From NCBI GenBank assembly GCA_964418645.1, contig CAYQME010000002.1, forward strand, positions 385-64,384: a stretch of DNA of 64,000 bases, given 5' to 3'. Shown piece by piece: positions 57,999 to 64,000 of this stretch. Position numbers and translations under genes: made by a program. The notes beneath the pieces were generated by a model. It searched no databases, had not been told where the DNA came from, and worked only from the letters and a program-made list of their open reading frames with translations. This DNA is from an uncultured Flavobacteriaceae bacterium. GTDB lineage: Bacteria; Bacteroidota; Bacteroidia; Flavobacteriales; Flavobacteriaceae. Positions within the stretch are counted from its first letter, which is position 1; each line of letters begins with the position of its first letter.

Positions 57999-58493
57999 TT
58001 ACGGATTTAATATGGTTTTAAGTTTTGTTTTTACACGATTCATTTTTACTCTTGCGTTTACTTCACTTATTCCCATAGTTTCACTTATTTCTTTATAATT
58101 CTTGTCTTCTAAATATAAAAAGACAAGTGCTTTTTCAATATCGTTTAATTGATGTACTGCTTTATATAACAGTTTTAATTGCTCCTCTTCTGTATCATCA
58201 TAATCTTCAGCTTTTATTTTAAACTGAACCGCGTCATAGCCTTGTGTGTTAATTCTACGTTTAGATTTTCTATATAAGGTTATTGCTGTATTTAATCCAA
58301 CACGATACATCCAAGTACTAAACTTAGAGTCGCCACGAAACTTTGGATAGGCACGCCAAAGCTGTATGGTTATCTCTTGAAATAAATCGTTGTGAGCATC
58401 ATAGTTATTGGTATATAAACGGCATACCTTATGTATAATGTTTTGATGCTTTTCCAGCAATTCAACAAAATTATGTTCTAGTTCTTTATTCAA
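57999..58493 (-). CDS. ECF-type sigma-70 family RNA polymerase sigma factor
   Basis: Region 2 (DLFQEITIQLWRAYPKFRGDSKFSTWMYRV) and region 4 HTH (YKEISETMGISEVNARVKMNR). Confidence 0.85.
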   Translation of the reverse strand: MNKELEHNFVELLEKHQNIIHKVCRLYTNNYDAHNDLFQEITIQLWRAYPKFRGDSKFSTWMYRVGLNTAITLYRKSKRRINTQGYDAVQFKIKAEDYDDTEEEQLKLLYKAVHQLNDIEKALVFLYLEDKNYKEISETMGISEVNARVKMNRVKTKLKTILNP

Positions 58494-58575
58494 TATGGTG
58501 TGTTAGTTACCTTGTAAGTAGCTTTAAATTTTGAATTGTTACAAATGCTTTGAATTAATATTTAAAATGAATGCT

Positions 58576-59250
58576 TTAATCACCCTGTTTTAAAATCCCC
58601 ATCACAATTAAATACTGTGCTAAAGTATAAGTAAACATAATGATTAAACCTGATGATGCAAAAAATTGGTAAAACTTATTTATAGCTAATACACTATCAG
58701 AAATCATAAAGAATAATGCTCCAATAAATACTAAATTATAACTCACATTTGGTACTTTTCCTTTTCGAAATAAAGCCATAGCTACCATTGTTAAAATTAC
58801 AGTTAAGTATAATAATACAGGTATTTGCATATCGCTGAGGCCATCTTTTATGATGTAAAAGATTCCAATTGCATAAATGAGTAATATAATTATGATAGGT
58901 AATGGATTAAGAGATTTGTTTAGCTTTTTTAAAAATGTGAGAATATACATTACATGTGCTAATAAAAAAGCAATCAATCCTCCAATAAAAAAGTTTGCAG
59001 TTTTACCAACAAACATAAGTAAAATGTCTCCAGTTAATGAAAACAGTAATGCTAGAAGTGTAATGTTTCTAATGCTTTTAGAGAAGTTATGACTTTGGTC
59101 CCAAAAGAACAAAATTAATGATATGAGGATTAAAGGTTTTGTATAATAATGCAATTGTGAGAGACTTTCAATGTTTCCAGTAATGAGTTCTAATAAAACT
59201 ATGATGGAAAAAATTAGCGTAAATGTTTTTTCGCTTTTAGATAGTTGCAT
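58576..59250 (-). CDS. YhhN / lysoplasmalogenase family membrane protein
   Basis: 224 aa, 7-8 TM, with TKPL, GDILLM and ISDSVLA motifs. Confidence 0.6.
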   Translation of the reverse strand: MQLSKSEKTFTLIFSIIVLLELITGNIESLSQLHYYTKPLILISLILFFWDQSHNFSKSIRNITLLALLFSLTGDILLMFVGKTANFFIGGLIAFLLAHVMYILTFLKKLNKSLNPLPIIIILLIYAIGIFYIIKDGLSDMQIPVLLYLTVILTMVAMALFRKGKVPNVSYNLVFIGALFFMISDSVLAINKFYQFFASSGLIIMFTYTLAQYLIVMGILKQGD

Positions 59251-59378
59251 AAACAGTTATTTCTTCAAATATATTCAATTCGTCATTAAATTTTTACAGT
59301 TCGGGTAATATAAGTTTATAGACTCAATGCTATGATGCAATTTTGAGCCATCAATTAAAAAACGAACACATAAAAATA

Positions 59379-61532
59379 ATGAAGACACTACTAATCACAG
59401 TATTAACCGTATTAAATTTTAGCCTTAGCGCACAAACTACTATTAATGGTACAGTTACCAATAATAAAGGTGTCGCCATTATTGGAGCTAATGTATATCT
59501 TGAAGGCACTTACGATGGTGGAACAACAGATAGTAATGGCAAATTTCAATTTAAAACCAGTGAAAAGGGAACCCAAATGCTTATTGTTTCATATTTATCT
59601 TATGAGACTTTTACCATGTTAGGTAACGTGTCTTATATGAAAGATTTAAAAATTAAACTTCGTGAAGATGTCAGCGCTTTGGATGCAGTAGTATTGTCGG
59701 CAGGAACTTTTGAAGCAGGTGATAATAGTAAGGTTACCGTTTTAAAACCGCTAGATGTTGTTACTACCGCAAGTGCTTTAGGTGATTTTGTCGGTGCTTT
59801 GCAAACATTACCAGGAACAACTACAGTTGCTGAAGATGGTCGTTTGTTTGTACGTGGTGGAGAAGCCGAAGAAACGCAGATATTTATTGACGGTATTCGT
59901 GTGTTTACACCTTATATACCAACCACAAATAATATACCAACCAGAGGGCGTTATTCGCCATTTCTGTTTGATGGGATTACGTTTTCAACAGGTGGCTATT
60001 CAGCCGAATATGGTCAGGCATTGTCTAGTGTATTGTTATTAAACACTATTGAAGAACCCGATCAAGAAAAAACAGATATTGGTATTATGAGCCTTGGCAC
60101 TACGTTAGGAAACACACAAAAATGGAAAAAATCATCCATTAGCGTAAATGCTTCATATATTAATTTAGCACCATATGTTGCCTTGTTTCCAGATAGAAAC
60201 GGCTGGAAAAAACCGTATGAAGCATTTTCAGGTGAAGCAGTATTTAGACAAAAATTTGATAATGGTATTCTAAAATTATATACAGCTTTTGATGCTTCTA
60301 ATTTTGAATTAACCCAAGTAGATATTAATTACAATGATGGCATTCATTTTAAGCTACATAACAACAACCTCTATTTTAACGGGACTTACCAAGGTATGCT
60401 CAATGATGTATGGTCTGTACGTGGTGGATTTAGTTTTACCAATAGTAATGAGAAGACAATTATTATAGATAACAACATAACTGATGTTGAAAATAGTATT
60501 CATGCAAAGCTAAAATTTAAAAGACGCTTTAACAGTCGGTTTAAGCTTAATTTTGGAGCTGAATATTTTGTCACCAATTTTGATGAAACATTTTCTAATA
60601 CTACAATTGCACAAACCACTTACGGATTTAATAATAATATTGCTGCTGCATTTACAGAAGCTGATGTGTTCTTTTCTAAAAAATTAGCTTTAAAAGCAGG
60701 TGTAAGAGCAGAGTATAGCGAACTGTTTAAAGAGTTTACTGTCGCTCCTAGACTTTCTCTAGCGTATAAAACATCTAAAAAAGGACAGGTGTCTTTGGCT
60801 TTTGGTAATTTTTACCAGAATCCTTTGAGCAATGTTTTAAAGTTTAATCAGGATTTAAAAGCACAGAGCACCACACATTATATTTTAAATTATCAACTGA
60901 ATGCTGATGGGAAAATTTTTAGAGCCGAAGCTTTTTATAAAGATTATAATAGTTTAATTAAATACGATACTGAGTTCGTAGATTTTAATACCAATATTAC
61001 CAATGATGGTTTTGGATATGCTAAAGGACTCGATTTGTTTTGGCGCGATAGCAAGAGCATTGAAAATATAGATTATTGGTTAAGTTATTCGTATCTAGAT
61101 TCTGAGCGCGATTTTAGAAACTATCCCATGCAAGCACAACCCAATTTTGTAAATACACATAATTTATCTGTTGTTGGAAAATATTTCATTACAGATTGGA
61201 AAAGCCAAGTTGGGTTTAGTTACAGTATTGCTTCTGGTAGAACATATACAAATCCAAATGAGACAGGATTTTTAAACCAGAAAACAAAATCGTACAATAG
61301 TTTGAGTTTAAATTGGGCCTATTTAATAAGCCAACAAAAAATATTATATTTCTCGATAAACAATGCATTAGGTTTTAAAAACATTAATGGGTATCAATAT
61401 GCCAATACACCAAATATAAATGGGGATTTTGCACGTCGTGCCATACGACCAGCAGCCGACCAATTCTTTTTTGTAGGGTTCTTTTGGACCATTAGCGAGG
61501 ATAAGAAAAGTAACCAGCTAGATAATTTGTAG
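59379..61532 (+). CDS. TonB-dependent outer-membrane receptor with an N-terminal carboxypeptidase-regulatory-like domain
   Basis: Starts MKTLLITVLTVLNFSLSAQ (the track start 59343 is a TTG). Contains INGTVTNNKGVAIIGANVYLEG, a plug region (GTTTVAEDGRLFVRGG) and a beta-barrel ending in aromatic-rich strands. Confidence 0.75.
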   Translation: MKTLLITVLTVLNFSLSAQTTINGTVTNNKGVAIIGANVYLEGTYDGGTTDSNGKFQFKTSEKGTQMLIVSYLSYETFTMLGNVSYMKDLKIKLREDVSALDAVVLSAGTFEAGDNSKVTVLKPLDVVTTASALGDFVGALQTLPGTTTVAEDGRLFVRGGEAEETQIFIDGIRVFTPYIPTTNNIPTRGRYSPFLFDGITFSTGGYSAEYGQALSSVLLLNTIEEPDQEKTDIGIMSLGTTLGNTQKWKKSSISVNASYINLAPYVALFPDRNGWKKPYEAFSGEAVFRQKFDNGILKLYTAFDASNFELTQVDINYNDGIHFKLHNNNLYFNGTYQGMLNDVWSVRGGFSFTNSNEKTIIIDNNITDVENSIHAKLKFKRRFNSRFKLNFGAEYFVTNFDETFSNTTIAQTTYGFNNNIAAAFTEADVFFSKKLALKAGVRAEYSELFKEFTVAPRLSLAYKTSKKGQVSLAFGNFYQNPLSNVLKFNQDLKAQSTTHYILNYQLNADGKIFRAEAFYKDYNSLIKYDTEFVDFNTNITNDGFGYAKGLDLFWRDSKSIENIDYWLSYSYLDSERDFRNYPMQAQPNFVNTHNLSVVGKYFITDWKSQVGFSYSIASGRTYTNPNETGFLNQKTKSYNSLSLNWAYLISQQKILYFSINNALGFKNINGYQYANTPNINGDFARRAIRPAADQFFFVGFFWTISEDKKSNQLDNL

Positions 61533-61639
61533 GAAATTAAAAGGTTTCATTGTTTAAAGTATCTTCAGTTTCAATTGATGATACTGTCCGATAACGAAGG
61601 TAGCTGTTTTTAAGTTTAGAATCAATTTAGATTTCTCTA

Positions 61640-62116
61640 TCAATCTTTTATGGGTATTGATACATAAGACCCATTTATAATCTTCCATTCATTATTTTCT
61701 TTAATAAGCGTGAAATAATCAAAATTACGCCTTTGTGCTTTGCCTTCAAATATTAGTGTAGCATTAGCTTTTACAAATGCCAATTTGCCTTCTGAAATAT
61801 GAACAATAAATTTAGAAACTGGTTCGGTGTATTTTGTTGGGTTGGTTCTCGATTTTAACATTGCTATAAATTCTTTTAATGTTATGTCATAGGTATTCCA
61901 TTTTTCATTCTTAAAAGAAGCTCCAGCAATGTTGGCATTTTCAGTAAATAGGGTTGGCATAGCATCAATATCATAATTTCCTGCAGCTGTTAAAAATTGT
62001 TTTACTACGGCTTTAACAGCTATTTCATCTTTGGCAATATCTGTTGAAACGTTTTGTTGTGCTATAAGCAAATTGGAGATTGCAAAAGCGAAAAGTAATA
62101 GTGTAATTTTTTTCAT
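61640..62116 (-). CDS. NTF2-like (SnoaL/DUF4440-like) secreted protein
   Basis: Signal peptide and VVKQFLTAAGNYDIDAM... NNEWKIINGSY, a typical alpha+beta cone. Confidence 0.55.
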   Translation of the reverse strand: MKKITLLLFAFAISNLLIAQQNVSTDIAKDEIAVKAVVKQFLTAAGNYDIDAMPTLFTENANIAGASFKNEKWNTYDITLKEFIAMLKSRTNPTKYTEPVSKFIVHISEGKLAFVKANATLIFEGKAQRRNFDYFTLIKENNEWKIINGSYVSIPIKD

Positions 62117-62126
62117 CTGTTTATAT

Positions 62127-63047
62127 TTATTCCTTAGTAGTTTCCGGTTGGTTATTTACTTTAAACTCAAAAATATCGTTTCGTGCGTAATGACCTATCA
62201 CATCAAAATCTAGTTTGCTACGTTTTACGTCTTCTAAATCTAATTCAGCAACCAAAACACCAGCTTTATTAAATAAAGGTCCTTCTATAATGTTTCCTAA
62301 AGGAGATACAATTACAGAACCTCCTGGACAAAAGTTTTCAGGTTGATTGGCAACTTCACTTTTATACTTCTCAGGATACATGGAAGTGGTCATAAATTGG
62401 TTACAACCCAAAACAAAACAGCGTCCTTCCAAGGCAATTTGCTGCATGGTTGCTGACCATTGTTCACGAGAGTCTGCAGTAGGAGCAATGTATATTTCTA
62501 CACCTTTTAAATACATACTCATTCTTGCTAAAGGCATATAGTTTTCCCAGCAAATCAATCCTCCAAGTTTTCCAACCTTGGTATCAAAGGTGGTTAAGGA
62601 TTCTGCTCCAGCGTCTGCCCAAACCAATCGCTCTGTTCCTGTTGGTTTAATTTTTCGGTGTACACCAAGCAATCCTTTAGTTGGAGAGAGGTAAAGCATA
62701 GAACAATACAAACTGCCATTAGTTTGTTGTTTTTCAGTCACGCCAATAACAATATAAATATTCTGTTCTTTTGATAAGGTTTCCAATCGCATTAGATCGT
62801 CGCTTTCTAAATCAAAACTATTGTTATAATAGTCTGCATAGTGTTGTCTGCCTAAATCAGTACGACTACCAATAGTAGCACCAAACGAAAAACCACGAGG
62901 ATAACCAGGAATAAATGATTCTGGAAATACAATTAGTTCACAACCGTCATTTGCATATCGCTTAACAATGATTTCTACCTTTTGTAGCGTTTTTTCTTTA
63001 TCAAAAAAAACAGGAGCCTCTTGTACAACAGCGACTTTTATCTTCAT
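62127..63047 (-). CDS. Carbon-nitrogen hydrolase (nitrilase superfamily)
   Basis: Catalytic triad contexts FPESFIPGYP (Glu), HRKIKPT (Lys) and GLICWENYMP (Cys). Confidence 0.85.
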   Translation of the reverse strand: MKIKVAVVQEAPVFFDKEKTLQKVEIIVKRYANDGCELIVFPESFIPGYPRGFSFGATIGSRTDLGRQHYADYYNNSFDLESDDLMRLETLSKEQNIYIVIGVTEKQQTNGSLYCSMLYLSPTKGLLGVHRKIKPTGTERLVWADAGAESLTTFDTKVGKLGGLICWENYMPLARMSMYLKGVEIYIAPTADSREQWSATMQQIALEGRCFVLGCNQFMTTSMYPEKYKSEVANQPENFCPGGSVIVSPLGNIIEGPLFNKAGVLVAELDLEDVKRSKLDFDVIGHYARNDIFEFKVNNQPETTKE

Positions 63048-64000
63048 TTAATTTTTTGATTTAAAAAAATCACGAATGTCGTTGGTTAATTTTACTAAAT
63101 CAGGATGATGCACATACATCATATGTCCTGCTTCGTAATATTTCATGCTTACACGTTCTCGTACAATGCCATGTCTAGAAAAGGTATATTCAGCATCAAA
63201 AAAAGGACAAATAAGATCGAAGTATCCACTGGCAACCATGACTTTCATTTCGGTATTTCGTCGCATGGTTTTCCCCAATAAATCAGCTGTATTTACAGGC
63301 ATTGGTTCCCAATATTGACCATCTGGAACAGGTTTCCATCGCCATTTTCCACCAATTTGACCACTTGTTAAATAAGGTCTATCCATAGTAACGTTAAGTG
63401 TTGAAGCAAAATATTCGTTAAGAGCTGCAGTATAAGCTGAACTTATTTGATATGAAGCTGGATCTCCCAAATTAGGTCCTTCAGAAACATCATCTGCTTC
63501 ATCTCCCATAAATCGTCCATCCAATCTGCCAATAGCCAATCCATTATCTGCTAATAGTTTTTTTTGAAAACGATGCATTAAAATACGATTGTTAGATTTT
63601 AAAATATAAGCTTTATCAAGACCTATGAAATACGAAAGCTTGTCTGCAATAGAATTTTTTTCTGAAGCACTTAATAAAGATCCTTTGTAGAGTGCAGGTG
63701 CATACGTGTTATAGGTAAAATTCCTTGCTTCCTCAACAAAGGCTTCTAGCGTTTTACCTTGTCCAGCTTTTTTATGATACCAAGCTGTGGCTGCCATACT
63801 AGGTAAATAGGTTAAATAAGAAGTAATATTATTATGAATAGAAGTAGAGCCTTCATAATCTAAAGCTTGTGAGATAAGAATGATACCATTTAACGCCATG
63901 TTTTGTCCTCCACCTTCTAAAACATTAGCTACTGCAGCAGCTCTAGTAGTTCCATAACTTTCACCTGCAATATATTTAGGCGAATTCCATCGTTTGTTTT
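63048..64000 (-). CDS. S10-family serine carboxypeptidase-like protein; 5' end lies beyond the window edge
   Basis: The track ORF starts at an internal Met (63899). The frame stays open to 64000 and encodes the nucleophile motif GESYG at 63951-63965. The catalytic His context EAGHMMYVHHP is near the C-terminus. Confidence 0.75.
   Translation of the reverse strand, partial: NKRWNSPKYIAGESYGTTRAAAVANVLEGGGQNMALNGIILISQALDYEGSTSIHNNITSYLTYLPSMAATAWYHKKAGQGKTLEAFVEEARNFTYNTYAPALYKGSLLSASEKNSIADKLSYFIGLDKAYILKSNNRILMHRFQKKLLADNGLAIGRLDGRFMGDEADDVSEGPNLGDPASYQISSAYTAALNEYFASTLNVTMDRPYLTSGQIGGKWRWKPVPDGQYWEPMPVNTADLLGKTMRRNTEMKVMVASGYFDLICPFFDAEYTFSRHGIVRERVSMKYYEAGHMMYVHHPDLVKLTNDIRDFFKSKN

Noticed and set aside
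59251-59378. Possible cobalamin or other riboswitch upstream of the TonB-dependent receptor, considered because B12-dependent mutase genes are nearby
   Set aside because: The leader is only about 125 bp. It lacks the B12-box-like GCCACTG core and any extended GC-rich helices.
3453-59378. ORF-track start codons at 3453, 7953, 12024, 39029, 53628, 53649 and 59343
   Set aside because: These are TTG or upstream-ATG extensions that run over TAnnTTTG boxes, terminators or the neighbouring divergent gene. I preferred downstream ATGs that give canonical N-termini or signal peptides. The choices remain predictions.
1-64000. CRISPR arrays, insertion sequences, integrases, prophage, toxin-antitoxin or known defence genes, and compositional islands
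   Set aside because: None seen. There are no spaced direct repeats and no transposase, recombinase or reverse-transcriptase motifs. Composition looks uniformly AT-rich by eye. The only tRNA (Pro) has no adjacent integrase or direct repeat.

Overview
AT-rich (about one-third G+C by eye, not computed), very gene-dense chromosomal segment. Gene content and synteny fit a Flavobacteriia (Bacteroidota) genome. I support about 75 protein-coding genes, one tRNA-Pro(UGG), several rho-independent terminators and several Bacteroidota-type TAnnTTTG -7 promoter boxes. I saw no rRNA, CRISPR array, transposase, integrase or phage genes, so this looks like core chromosome rather than an accessory island. Recognisable housekeeping genes include pepD, nrnA, ndk, a cold-shock gene, recF, ribH, mutL, lepB, dapB, parAB, mutA/mutB, udk, trxB and oxyR. 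Both window edges cut genes that the ORF track omits or truncates: an amidohydrolase at 1-2270 and an S10 peptidase at 63048-64000. Several ORF-track starts are TTG or upstream-ATG over-extensions and are re-anchored here. I found no clear-cut new system such as a defence island. The items most worth a second look follow. (1) A tightly coupled seven-gene minus-strand operon of domains of unknown function, SpoIIM-like / polytopic membrane / DUF4129 / DUF4350 / MoxR AAA+ / zinc-ribbon membrane insert / DUF58, with a divergent RDD gene (46846-54413). (2) A signal peptidase I ORF continuing into an RDD domain across an A8 homopolymer. (3) A dps gene next to intact oxyR that is broken by two +1 frameshifts, one in a T8 run. 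(4) A PadR-PspC-NTF2-like operon next to two head-GIN (DUF2807) genes. (5) A cyclophilin-FKBP dual-family PPIase lipoprotein beside a GldI-like FKBP. (6) Two lipoprotein genes translationally coupled between the two methylmalonyl-CoA mutase subunits. All family assignments are by-eye motif recognition and need HMM or BLAST confirmation.
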